From Tubulanus polymorphus (Eukaryota > Animalia > Nemertea), in NCBI RefSeq assembly GCF_964204645.1, contig NC_134029.1, positions 5,642,001 to 5,706,000 of the forward strand: a stretch of 64,000 bases of DNA. The letters run 5' to 3'. Of the stretch, positions 1 to 13,511 are shown piece after piece (the first letter of the stretch is position 1; each line of letters opens with the position of its first letter). The notes beneath the pieces were generated by a model, which did not search any database, was not told where the DNA came from, and worked only from the letters and a program-made list of their open reading frames with translations. The position numbers and the translations under genes are program-made.

Positions 1-3000
1 GGTGAACGGCTCGCCGACGGCGAAACGCCGAGCGAAACGAAGCGGCGAATTCTCAAGCGCGAACACGAATTCGACGAGTAAATTACGCGGACAATCGCAA
101 CCAGAGGGCAGCGCTACGATCAAAGATACAGTATTTTATTTACCGGGAGTTGATGTGAAGGTAGGAGATTTCGTAATCGTGGTCTCAGTAATGTAACAAT
201 ATATTCGTTGTGTGATGATAATCACAATAATAACGAAAAAATAATGTAAAGTCCGAAAATGTGTCCTTGATCTAGTGGTTTATTTGATGTTTTGACTATG
301 TTCTGATAGTCAGTATTCCTGAAGATGACACATTTTCGGACTTTTCTATTTCTTTTTTTATTTGGGATTCTCTACAAATTAGTTTGGTCTGTGGATGATT
401 GTTGTATGTATGATTAAGAAAACGTCTTATTCTGTATTCGATAGATTAACTATAATTCTAAGACGGAAGGTGTGACCCCGACCAGTCAGTCTCAGTCTAG
501 CGGACAGAATTCCGTATTTGAAGATCCGAAGGACGCAAACCACACTAACAAACGTATCGCGGTGAAGAAAGCTAACTTACACGCTTGGCTGTCACTACAG
601 AAATTACCAGAGGTAATTCAATATTGTTTATCTTATAGCTTAGTAGGTAAGTCAGACGAATCTGAATGCACTTCACTGTATTTACTTCATAGCCGGTTGG
701 GTGGCTACGGCTTATGAGTAATTATGCTTTACTTGAGCGTCATGATTTAATTTTAAGGAAATGATTATTCAACCGAGTCTCCTAGACTTCCTCGAGCAGG
801 CTCTAGAACCGATCGAAATGCCTCAACAAGTCGCTCAGAAAACTGGAGACAGATGTAAGTACCTATGGGGACACGTCTAGATTTTACTGTTGAACAGGTG
901 AACTGAAACACGTCAGATGATTCATTCATAATTGATTTTCTCATTCTAGCTGTGATCGGCGATATTATGAACGTCGACCTGGAAGCCTCTAGTACGTCTT
1001 TATCATCGGGAGCGTACGCGACATCGTTCCCCGTTGATGTGGTCGTTTATATCAGCGTTCAACCGTCGTCGATTCGTTTCAACTGTTTGCCCGTATCGAA
1101 GGTCGAATGTTTGCTGTGTCTTCCGTCGCTCGATTTGGTATTCTCGACTAAACGCGTCGACATCGAGGCAAACACGCTCTCCGACGGGACGCCACCGTCA
1201 AAAGCAAAAGGTAGTTTGAAACTTGAGCAAAGTTATGGCGATTATCTGTATGCTGCGTCTTGATTAATTCTAGGGCTAGTTTTGTAGACTTGTATTATCT
1301 TTAACCTGGGGGTTAACTCAATTAAAAATGAATTCAGTTAGCCCCCGGGTTAAAGTTAATACTGGTCTATAAAACCGGACCCAGCCCTGATTATTAAGGT
1401 TCGGAAATTCACAAAATCATGAATATATTTGAATCAGAACTCCCTTCTTCAGCTTGTGTTCCTACCTTTTCTATATCGCATACCATATCACCTTATCTGT
1501 GTCCCGTTATTTAAAATTGTTCTAATTAATCACTTATTTTACTTCAGATGATTTCTTCAATGGTAAGATTACCATCTATTATGTTAAAAGCTAATATTTC
1601 ATCGTTTCATTAAAAAAAAAAGAAACTATGGTTTTAGGCTGGTTATATGCGTACATAATAAGATAGGTTATATATCGATGTGTGGTTTGGGATATAATGT
1701 TGTTAACCATTTGTTTAACGTATTCACTGGCTTAATTAACCGTCATCTGGTCGAAAGTAATAACTCCTGTATTTTATTTTTAACCAAAAATGCGCAAATG
1801 AGGGGTGCTACAAGATAAAAAAAACCCTACCATCCATACACTCCATTTAGATGAACTCGCTTCATTTTATTTTGGTACAGCGATTTGACTGATAGACCCA
1901 CAGATGTACAGTTGAGTTCTAAGTTTAAAAGTGGTCTTAAATCTTAAGGGCTGGTCTTAAGTTGGCTATAGAATCAAGCTTACAATCGCTGCGCAAACAT
2001 CTCCCCCAGTATCCGGTATATTAGCTTACTTCAAGCCTGTCTAGTCCATTGGGTATTTGAGGTATAACATTCCATGTAGTCACAATATATGTATCACGTG
2101 CGTGAACAAAACCCTGAATTATCTGAAAATTCTATCATCGCTCATATATCAATGTTGCTTATATTCGCAGTATGGAGGTCAGGATCGGCATCCGGTGGAG
2201 TGCGGGATCGTAATAGCGGACGCAGTCGTCAGAGCAGCGGAGGAGGCCGGTCTCGTTTAACGAGTACAGGATCGTCTGCTGATACCGTTGTCAGTACTGG
2301 AGGTGGACTCAGTGTTACCGGGTGCCTCGCTGACTTTTCACTCTACATCTTTCATCCATACGGTGGCCATAAAAAGGGAATTCTCGGAATGACTCCTCGT
2401 AAGTACTGTAGGCTTGCTCCAAATTTCAACTGACCAAGTTGTAGTTGTCACCCCTACTTCAGTAATAAAGACTGCTATGATTTGTTCCAAAGCAGTAGAG
2501 TTTCTAAAGCAGCAGATCTCTACCTTTGCGTTTATGCGATTTGCTTAATGTTTGCAGCTCTATCTGATAGTCCAGTCACTAGTCTTGGAGGTGATACCGG
2601 TCGTAAAGATTCGTTGAGTCTGAACGTTGAAATGGTAAAAGTGAACATATCTCGCAGTAGAAAGGGAATAGCGCCGGTCGATGCCACTCTTCATGCGAGT
2701 TCATCATCGGCAAAACTCAGTTCACTCGATAGCGCTACATCGAAACTTACAAACATCGTACGATTTTCTGGTAAGTTAGTTTAGTCCTTGTGGTGTACGT
2801 TCTCTATACAATTTAGTTTAGCAAGCCATGTGAATCGGTCGGTTTTTCGCCAAACTAAAGTGCTGCATGCTGTACGTTGTAACAAAAATTCTTGGTTGTA
2901 TCCATAACTATTTCTCGATATATCTATTCTAGCTGTATGCGACGTGGATTCCGCGTCGTTCAAATACGATATGCGTCGTCTGCCCGAGATCATGGCCTTC

Positions 3001-6000
3001 CCTAAAGCGTGGTATCGTAGGACGCTAGCTCGTCGACTCTTCCTTGGTGAACAAATGAATCCTCACGCTATGGGCGATTCAGGTATGGATATGGGTTCAA
3101 ATATATCTAAAAAGAATTCATATATGAAATCAATAATCTGTATAAAGAGTAAGACAGGTTTCTATCAGGCTCTAACCATTCTGGAATACTCGTCTAGCAT
3201 GTTCACTTTGACCAGAATACTTTCTACTTATTCTGGAATAGCGTAAGACAACCTACAAATCTGATAGATGCAGTCAGTTGATTTTGTTATTAGGATTTTA
3301 CTATCTTTAAACCGGAATATGTCCTATCAAAACCTACCTTAATTAATTGGTAATTTGATATTTCTAGATGACGATCTCTCTTCCGAGGAAAGTTACACGT
3401 CTTCACCGAGTCCTATGACGCCGGGATCCCCGTCCCGCACACCGTTCCAGCGAGCTCATACGACCGCCATGGTGAACGCGATACCAGAGGAATCTAATAC
3501 GGCGCCCACCCACCATCGGCGCGCTTCATCCGGCGACAAAGTCAAAGTGAAACTAAACCTCGACTTGAAGGAGTTAGCACGTACTAATAGCCACAGATCA
3601 ACGAAATCATACCACGGTTAGAAAATAGTTATGAGTCAAATGATATACAGTAGTTAGACATGAACTTGTTGAAAGTGAATTCTGATTTGTCCTTGAAATG
3701 ACTGACTTACCAGGACCATCGACTGATTTCAAAGAATTCTACCTCGATCTCAGGCACCTGCTGTGCCATCATGTTGTCGAAATTTCAATTAGTTTTGTAT
3801 GTTATGTATTTAGTAATACTATAGTGAACTGTTGTTGGCAATCCTTTTCCATCTGAATTGCTCTTTTAAGAGTGAATTGTAAGTTCCTTTGGGCTGGGTG
3901 CAGGCTATAGTAACTGATACACATTATGTGTATTCATATTGCTTGTGTCACTATGATAAATGAATAAACAAACAGATAAATGGTCAGGTCTACATTGAAA
4001 TATAGCAATGAATTGTATCGTGTTGATTTTAGGTCAACCGACTATCAGCTCAGCTCCTGGAACTCCAGCTCAGAAAGAATCATCTGCGAAGTCTTCACCT
4101 TCGCCAGTGCATCAGAATATTCCGGAAACCACTAAAGTCCAGTCGACACCATCACACGCGACGAAATCGCAAAGTATCACGTGGGAAACGTTGGTTTTAT
4201 TCGCGGTGAAATTGTCGCGGTTAGACGTACATGTTAATATGGGCAACGTGATGGGTAACACAACGTGAGTTTCAACATAGTTATAATTATGATAATCATA
4301 ATTATGATGGTGTATCAGTTATCTTTTCCTGGGGAGAAGAAACATCTATTAGGCTTGGTACCCAATTGCTCTTGGGTGGTAGAAGCACTGAGGATAAGTG
4401 CCTTGCCTAGGGACTGTACGGTGCATCCAACTTCTAACCACTTGCCCCACGCTGTTCCACATTTGACATAAATAACTGTATTCGTGTTGATCTGTTCATC
4501 TCCATAGTTTGACTCATGTTTATTTGGTATTTAGCTGGGTAACGCGTGATTTGAATACTCAAGGTCGTATTACGATGAGCAGCAGTGGAAATAAGAATAT
4601 GAAAATGTCGGCCGGACTCGGAGGTTCATCGGTCGATGCTAAAGGTGGAATAGTCGGTGGTCTCGTTGATATACAGAAAATTGAAACGTACTGTAAGTAT
4701 GAATATCGCGTCATTTTAGAAGTGAATAAGTTTCAGTTGCCAAAAAATTTGATAAGATCATATTGCATACTTTGCAGTAAATGTTTGTGAGGGTTCAGGC
4801 AAACAGGTCGATCACCAGGCTGGACTCGAATTAGTCGCCATCGAAGGCCGACTCGATTATATGGGCTCCAGTATTATGATGGCTCGAATGAGCAAATTGA
4901 GCATTAACTTACGCGATGAATGGAGAATGGATACTAGTCCTGACAGAGATATGCCTCTTGCTACTAAAAGGTTTGTTTTGAAGCTGATTTTAGATACAGC
5001 CCGAGAACTAGTATAGGGGGGAGATGAAAGACTGGCTGATTGATGGCCAGTTTCTTTTAGACATTAATAGAGAGGTCTTGCAGCTGAGTGCCTTTTTTGA
5101 GTGACAACATTGATCATCTTGCACAATAAGTGATTTAGATCAAAGTTTGTTAATCTCTTGATTATCTTTTCTTGTTAAATAAGGCAATAAGTCTTTGACA
5201 TTGGCCGACAAACTACGACATCACGTGGAACACCTCTATTTCTCATTTCTAGGCCAGCTGTGATATTCGTCCACGGCGATTTAGAATGGGATAAATTTCA
5301 TCTGATGATATCGCGATCGACGACACCAGATCTCGCTAAGATGGCGTCAAAACTCGAGGAGTTCTTCGCGCAGCAGTTTGACAGTAGCAGACGTGTTTTG
5401 TCGACTATCGGACCGATACCCGCGGCTGCTGCAGCCAGACTGAAAAATCTTACGAAAAAACAAGATGAAAGTAAGACCGTCCTTTTTAGGTTTCACCCAA
5501 TGTGTAGAGAATCCAAAAATGATAACGACAAATTGATTTGAAGTCCAAAAAATGTTTCCTTGAGCTAATACTGTATATACTGTGTAGTCATCTCCAGTAT
5601 TTCTGAAGATGACTATTAGAATATAGTCGAATAAACTGCCAGCTCAAGGAAACATTTTCAGACTTAATATTATTTTTCAGCATGGGATTCACATTGTTGT
5701 CAAAACACGGATATAGTGTTTTATCGATGGTTAGGTAGATATTTTGTTTATCCGTAGGTCGCAGCATGCACCATCGCCATTGGCAGCGCGTTCTTCAGCG
5801 TATAGCGGGCTGTCAGTTGTCGATCTTGGACGACTCTCTGCCCGAACGGGGAACCATTCTCGGCGGAACCTTGAACCTACGCGGCAACAATATCGTTCTC
5901 GCTTGTTTCCACGGCATCAATTTCCGCTCGAAATCGTGGGCGTTATTTACGATGGTTGAGCCGAACATATCATTTGCAACGGAGGCTCAAGAAATACAAA

Positions 6001-8085
6001 GCGTCAATGGTAATTCATGCTCTTTGTTATAGATGTACTTTATATCACATCACAACCAATACTTTATGTAGAATAAGTTTTGCTTTGAAAGCAGTTCGTT
6101 GCTGCAAATGCATGTTAGCAGTCGGTTATGAAGTGCAGTAACTGATACTGAAGCCGAATTACCGTGATTGTCTTTAAGTATATTTGTTTCTCTATAGGTA
6201 CAAGGGACAGCCATATTGTACAGAACCTTACATTCCATTTGGGTCATAACGTGACCGAACGTACGCGCGCTCACAATATGGCTCGCGTTTGTCGGCTCGC
6301 TCGTGGACATTATATGCCTCAACATTTCACTAATGTCACTGAATGGTTTCATTACGCATTCTCATCAGCGGATATCAAAGGTATTCGTTATCTAGGAGTT
6401 TTCAGGAGATTTCCCAGATGAAAAGACTTGAGAATTATCTCGGATATCATATCCTCTATTTATCAGACAGTTTTCACCGTTAAAAACTGTGCTTTGTGGT
6501 TATGATATTTGTTAAAGGTATCAGAGAATTTGTTTTTTCTGAATTTCAGACTTGGACTCGTTTCCTCATTTCGAGAAACCGGTTATAGACCCGACTAGTC
6601 CACAGGAACGTGAACGAAGAACAAGCACTCGTAAACCTACCACTTACAACCATGATACCGAGGTGATATTTGGTCTACCTTGTTTACAGCTTCATCTGAA
6701 AACTGAACATTTACAGGGTGAAAAGACTCCGCTGTTAACAGGTAATTAGTGGGCTTGTATGGAGCTATTTATACTGTGGGTTCAGGGGCGGATTCAGCGG
6801 GGTGCTCTGCTAGTCATCCTCCAGAAAATTTTGAAAAATTGGTCTCTTCTACATTCTACATTCTGAGCATTTATAGGCACTGCTTGATGATCTCATCTAT
6901 TCAAAATGTACCTTTTACTCTGAAAATAAGTAATATGTAGGAAATTTTCCAAAGGGGGTACTGTAGCACCCACCCCTGGATCCGCGCTTGGAGTTATAAG
7001 CTATTGTATGATTATGGTACCATGGCTGTAGACCTGCATGTGTTGAAAGTAAAGTATGAATCTTATTATTTATTGATCTAGAACCGAAGCCAGTTATTGA
7101 ATGTAGTTTTGTGACAGAATTTGAAGATCATATTGCCGTTTCTATGGATGCTGAAGCTATTCTGTTCCTGCATGATGTCGTTACTGCTTATTTAAAAGAA
7201 AAAGAGAAAGGTATTTCATTGTTCATTCATTCGAGTGTGTTCAACTTTTCTGCTTGAAGAAAGTGTGTTTTCAATTCGTGATGCCTTTAGGTTTGAGGTA
7301 TTCGGTAACGACGGGTGTGAAAAGTGTACGGTCTCCAGAGATGGACAAGAAAGGAGACAGCCCGACAAATCTTACCGAAGATTGGCGAGAATATGAGTGT
7401 AAAACGTGGCATCTAGAACCAACTGTCAGGTTTGTAATAATCTCTATTAAAAGAATGATGATGATGAAATAATATTTATATAGCGCCAATTTCACTGATT
7501 CATTGTTCAAAGGCAATGTAAAGTAATCCAGTAAACAGGTAGCTTTTAAGGAGACTTTTGAATTTTTCCAAATCGGGTTCATGACAAATTTTTTTGGGGA
7601 GAGCATTCTAAATATTTGTTGGGAGCAAGAAATGTGTAAGATTGTCCACCAAAGGTACTAAGTCTATAGTTTGGTACATGTATAATAAGCAAATTGTCCG
7701 ATCCAGATCTAAGTTGATTAGAAGTGCTGGACTTTTCTTAAGAACCACTTTCTATCATGATCAAAGAATGAGAAAGGAAAAACTTTTAAAGCTTATCTTC
7801 ATTTTGGAAATGAATGTAATGATGACAGTCTATATTTCTGTTTGTTTCAGATTGCTTTCGTGGGCTGGCAATAAAATCGATCCAGTCGGTGTAGATTACA
7901 TTTTACATAAACTAGGATTCAACCATGCGCGAACCACGATACCGAAATGGATGCAACGAGGTGCTATGGACCCCTGTGATAAAGTACTTTCTGTCCTAGT
8001 CGAGAAACTCATTCAATATCTTCGATCGCAAGAAGAAGATGAAGAATCGACCATCATAGCTGCGTCTTCTTCGTCAACTCACTAA
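1..8085 (+). CDS. BLTP1: Bridge-like lipid transfer protein 1 (KIAA1109/Tweek), 3' part; 5' end lies outside the window
   Basis: Phase-consistent GT-AG exons: <1-160, 445-612, 758-854, 950-1210, (1548-1562 microexon), 2171-2398, 2558-2770, 2933-3082, 3368-3616, 4033-4264, 4535-4692, 4778-4970, 5253-5470, 5758-6009, 6198-6380, 6550-6741, 7082-7210, 7291-7429, 7851-8085 (TAA). Recognisable KIAA1109 C-terminal motifs: SASFKYDMRRL..I.AFPKAWYRR, VHVNMGNVMG, RLDYMGS, LACFHGINFRSKSWALF, ECSFVTEFEDHI, IDPVGVDYILHKLGFNHARTTIPKWMQRG. Confidence 0.95.
222..376. mobile_element. Palindromic intronic repeat (Penelope-terminus/retrozyme-like family), copy 1
   Basis: Inverted repeats aaagtccgaaaatgtgtc ... 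gacacattttcggacttt flank gactatgttctgatagtc and ctgaagatgac; homologous to 5500-5695. Confidence 0.6.
1273..1382. mobile_element. About 110-bp MITE-like hairpin
   Basis: gggctagttttgtagacttgtattatctttaacctgggggttaact is the near reverse complement of agttagcccccgggttaaagttaatactggtctataaaaccggaccc. Similar ends occur at about 54800, 55835 and 61960-62032. Confidence 0.7.
5500..5695. mobile_element. Palindromic intronic repeat, copy 2 (same family as 222-376)
   Basis: aagtccaaaaaatgtttccttgagct ... agctcaaggaaacattttcagactt, with a central palindrome tagtcatctccag-tattt-ctgaagatgacta. Confidence 0.6.
6783..6990. mobile_element. Non-autonomous DNA transposon (MITE) with CAGGGGCGGATCCA-type termini
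   Basis: caggggcggattcag at 6783 and ccctggatccgcgcttg ending at 6990; related ends at about 10560-10577 (cctggatccgcccctg) and 54438 (cagtggcggattta). No clear target-site duplication. Confidence 0.6.
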
Positions 8086-11000
8086 ACCTGTTTTGAACTC
8101 TCGTGCCAAATTGATTTCCATGTGGTCTCATCGTCAATATTGAAATTGCTCAACAATTGTTGCGTTCGAAAAAAATGCCAAAAATTCTTTGATTTTAGTT
8201 TAGTGATGAACTGGGTTCTAGGTTGTTTGCGCTGTGAAAGAGGCTTACGGAATGTTTGGATCGGGATTCTAGTTTCGCATGGTGGTTTGAAGAAGTTTAA
8301 TGAACTCCAGTAGTTGCCATTGGTCGCTTAACATTTTCAAGGATAATTCAGCAATAAAGATTCATTTATTTTTACCTAAACTTTAAAAACTTTGCTAGAT
8401 TTAAAACCATTAGGAACAGCTTACGATCGATTTTTTTAGACTATTTAAGGACAAAGGGGCAACTTCATGGAGAAGACTTAATTGGAGGAAAATGTTCATT
8501 TAGATTCATTTTTACCTCTGATAACTATTATCTACTATTTAATCTGGAAATATTTATAAACCTTTGTATTTTATGTTAACTTGTATTCATATGTGACTTG
8601 GTAGATTTTAAGAAAACTGTAAAATACAAAGATGAATTTACACCGTAGATACTGTTTCGTTGTAGCCAAATCTAAAATCTTAGATAGCCTAATTACTATT
8701 AAGTAACATATGTATAATTATGAAGATGATGCAATATAGGGGTTGTATAGAATGATAATCGAAAGTAGATTAATTCAATTAGGTTTTTGTAAAATATTTT
8801 TTTTCTATTTTTCTGCTTATGTTATTGGCTTCATTAGCTGAGACCAGTGACAGGTGGTAGCATGAGTATGCCAGTACCGGTATATGGATTAAACCCCAAT
8901 AGTATATTTTAAGACCTTTCAAAGTGCATGAACCTGTAATATTATTTCATCACCAACCTATATTGTCAGTTTATCATGATTATATATCGATCATAACCAT
9001 TGTATTCTAGTCGAGTCAACGTCTTTGTTTGGTGACATTCTGTGATTGATTTGTAACATGCTTGATTCTAGAATGATAGTTAATGTAAAAACAACGTTTT
9101 ATATTTTTGGCATTCATAAATGTAATCATAGATTAGAAATGCATTGTAGGTTTGTAAATTGTAGAATTTGTGATAGAAACATTTTAGTTTACTGATAATA
9201 TTCGGAACGTAGCAATGGTTGAATGTTAACTGCACGACTGAACAAAACGCTTTAGATTCCAGCAGCTAACTATTTTATCATCTGTTAGTTATCTGATCTT
9301 TCATTCTTAGATTAGCATTATGATACTACACAATTACATCGGACAATAGTTATTTAGTATAAATCGAATTATTTTATTACTTTCGAGTCTATTTGTCGGC
9401 AAATATTTGTAAAAAAGTTAATTTTGAATTAATTATTAATGCGATGTATAGATTATGTTATATATGGTGGTAAAATATATACATATATTTATTCAATACC
9501 TTTGTTGCTTTGTCTGCGCTATCGCGTCCACTCGACGTTGTTTTCCGACACGGGCGCCGCCTATTGAATAAACGAGGAAACGTATTCTGTTCATCTCGAT
9601 TGATCTGCCCTTTTGTCTATGATACAGCGCTTTTGTTTAAAAAGCATGTATTAGAAATATCATCAAAAAGATAAGAAAGTATTCGTTTAAAGTTTAAAGT
9701 AATTTTACTGAAATTCTGGTAACTATCAACCGTCGAAGGTTGGATCAGAACACCGTGCTGTTCAATCCGATATTTACTTATATATTCAACTTCGATTCAA
9801 TTTATGTTAGCTTTGCGCAGTGGCGGTACCATAGCCAATGAGGATTATCCGAGGCGTGGTTATTGCTAGTTGAAAACTATACCCAATACCCCGCACTGAC
9901 GACCGCAAGGTCGGTAGTGCAATTTTTGATAGCCTCTACGGAGGCAGATTAATGACGAAAATAGAGATTGAAAATCATCCTGACAAACTCGAATTGCTGG
10001 GGCGCAACTCATTCTATCAGCTCAAATTAAAGATTACCCCCAGTTAACAGGCACTTAGGCGTTCATTGTTCACTTTAACTCGTGACTTGATTTCATAAGT
10101 TCACTACATAAAATCCCAACACCTGATAATGGTCTCTAGAAAGAGTCCGAAGGTTTCAATTCTTTATCAATAAATTCCGATTTTAATCTTTTAAATTTGT
10201 TTGCAGTGTCTTTTATAATCCCCTTTCTACCCTCCACCTGAAATTGTGTCCAAGTTTGTAGGCCTACTCAAGGTGTGATGTGAATGAGATGAGGGTACGT
10301 GGAATGTGCTGGGTACTTAGGGGTAGATAATTTTCAACGAAAGGAGCAAGGCACACCACTCTTCAGGATTTCATCTTTACTGTCATGAAGCCATAAACAT
10401 CTCAATGCTGTATATTTTCTAGAAAGTACATACTTTGCATCTGGACTTAAGTCATTGGAAATTGCACCAAAAAGCGCTAAACCTTCAATTTGTAGGGAGG
10501 GCCGATCCCCTCGTTTGTGGGATGCCCTTTTTATAGGTTGTGCCACCCTTAACAGTGGTCCCTGGATCCGCCCCTGGATATTGGTTTTATTTATCCACTC
10601 TCGAATATGACAAGTGCCTATGGAAATAACTGTCGACCTCATATCCGTTTAATTTAAAATGCCTTGTTCGTTATAGTGGGTACCGAACACAATATCATTA
10701 TCGATTCATCATTCTCCGACAAGTAAAGTTATTTCAAGATGCTTCAAGCGCTGCCGGTTTTCCGATACAATCGCAGATAAACTCAATTAAACACTATTTT
10801 GAAAAGCAGATTATTTATTCCCACTGAAACTTAGGCGTTGATAAAATATTAAACGTCGTTGATTCAATTGAATGTCGATGAATGAAATTTCATCCGAAAC
10901 AATTAAAGAACTTGCTCCTGTCAGAGTTGCCGTAATGTATTGGTGGGCCTACTGTAAAAACGATTGTTAATTGTTAATCCACTCTCTAAAATGTATATTG

Positions 11001-13511
11001 AAATATATATTTTAGACATTAGATTAACTGATCATCGTTTTTACGGTACCTACACTACAAACTCTGATACTGCGTACGAAATCATTTTCGGCATCGCTCG
11101 CCACTGAAGCATTATATACGTCAGATATCATTCGTCATGTGCTGCCCCTATACATATCGTCGACGATGAATATGCGACTTTATTACTTGCATGCCGCAGT
11201 AAGCAAATCTCGGTGTCAGATTAGTTCACGTATTTACCGTTAACGATGTGTATGGGGGCAGCACTCGATGGTCAATTTACTTTACACCTGGCGCACAGTA
11301 ACCAAACTTGTCATAATTCACCGATCAAATAGATTTCAGAATCTTACTGAAATTTCCTTTAACAATCATGTAACTTCGAGATCTTAAAGGAATTGTCTTT
11401 GAATAAACATATGAAAATGAATGAATTTAATCGAATAGAAAAGAAATGTGGGATAAATGAATTCGTTTTCTTATCATGTCCGCCCTTCCAGTGGAAACTG
11501 CAGAAAGACACACTACAGATGATTTTTTAAACTATCTTCCTAGTTGCACGACATAGATGTACGTATCGGAAACGCCTTCACAAATTGTACATATATGTCA
11601 CAAAAACCTCCCTCATTATATCTCGTGATGATGCTGTTGTCAGTGTTGCTAAAATTTTACCTGTAATTTTAGTGGCGCATGAAATGATTATTCAAACACG
11701 CTGATTATCATGTTATCAACTGGCTACTTGCTATCATTGAACCAATTGCCTGTTTTCTGTTGATAGGTCGCGGAGAAAACATAACGCCTAACTTACGTTG
11801 TCTTGCGACATGACTGGACCGGGCCGATATCTAGCGGAATTAGCGGCCATATATATTTCTCCTGTTATTACCATTACCTGGTCACGTAATTTCTGTCACA
11901 CTAGCCCCAGTTTGCTGTCGAGAAAAGCTTCCAAACGACGCACCGTGTAGGTGGGTGGGTGCACAGATGGAGATAATCGTAATCAAAAGGCCTACTATTC
12001 GACATTAGCCGGAGTGTATGATTTCCGGAGTCTTGCTGGCAGACGAGTTGGTTGTCAGAATCACGACACGGGGTGACATAAGCCAGTCTGGAAAGAGATT
12101 CCGATGTATACGCGATACCTTTGCGCTTGCACCAGAAACCAGCGATCTCCTCGCCTACAACACTGATCGTATCATATTTTGGACAACTCGGTAACATTTT
12201 TGTCAAGCATATTATGATTTATGCATCGTTTTACCGCAAACTATCACATCGCATTGGCGAGCAGTGATTCAGTGTTCTACCTTAATGCCTACTTTACAGT
12301 CTTCAGCGATCCAATTTTCATAATGACTTTCCATATCGCTTTGTATTTCAGTTCATGGATATCAGTGGCCATATCTTAGGAACGCCCGGTACTCGTACTC
12401 GTTTTTCTGTTTAATTTGCACTCCTAAATTAGGCGTCCTTTAATCCTAAAATGCTCTTTTTGTTAGTGTCCATTAGATCCTACCTCCTACCTTGGAGAAA
12501 TCATTTGTTTGAGTAGTCATTCGACAAATGATTACTCCACGATCATCCTACATAGGAACCTGATCTCACAAAATCTCGTATTCAAAGTGGACATTACCCT
12601 ATTTATCAGGTATATATTTGAAATGTCCCGCGTGTGGCCTTCATTGTCACAACATTAAGGAGAGACGTATCCGCATCCATCATCTCGGAATAATTCAGCA
12701 GTCATATGGGAAAATTTTCTAGCGATGAGTGGTGGTTTCAGATTATCTTTCATAGTTTATCACCGCCAAACGACCACATTCATCACTTGCCAGGGGCTGA
12801 TACGACCGTTAGAACACGGATGTTCCATTAAATTCGGTTCCGTAGTAATACCGATGACTTTACTCTATCGCCTAAAAAATCTATCGTCGATAAAATCTAT
12901 TTTGCCTTTTCCTTTCATATAAACGTATATAAGGACTTTTGAATTATGCATTATTCAATAAAACTGTGATTAAATTGGCACGCCAATTCGTGAGTTGCAT
13001 CCAGCCGCGACCAGCTATTTTGATTAAATAACGTCTTATGGGCACGAAGATTTTCTTTTGTATCAACTATACTTTTGCATTTGGCGGTTCGGTACGTGTG
13101 TTTTTGAAACAAGTTACGGCAGTTTTTAATTACCCCCCTATGGTGGTGACCAATGCTATAATTAATCTCGTCTGTAGGTTTAACGAAGTGCATCGGACAT
13201 GTCTTTACCATTAGGTAGCTATATGTAGACTATAAACGTAACAAAGATTTATAGTTCGCAATTTGCAGGTATTCGTACTCTCAGTACCGGTGGTGCATAC
13301 TAAGACGGGCGACAACGCAAATATATGTATATGGATGACATAAATACTGACCCCTGATTTTTTTCCGTTCATGGTCAGGTATAGCTGAGACGACCACCGC
13401 TGAATGAGATAATGGCTGATATTCTTAGCAGTGTATAGTTTCACTGGACAAGACGCTCATTGCAAATATTTACAAGTAAATAACGATACTGCAAAATCAA
13501 CATTACCAACA

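Noticed and set aside
11901-12206. GC-richer segment and ORFs upstream of the Mab-21-like gene as a coding exon
   Set aside because: The frame compatible with the phase-0 acceptor has a stop and no ATG. It may be a 5' UTR exon, but coding is unsupported.
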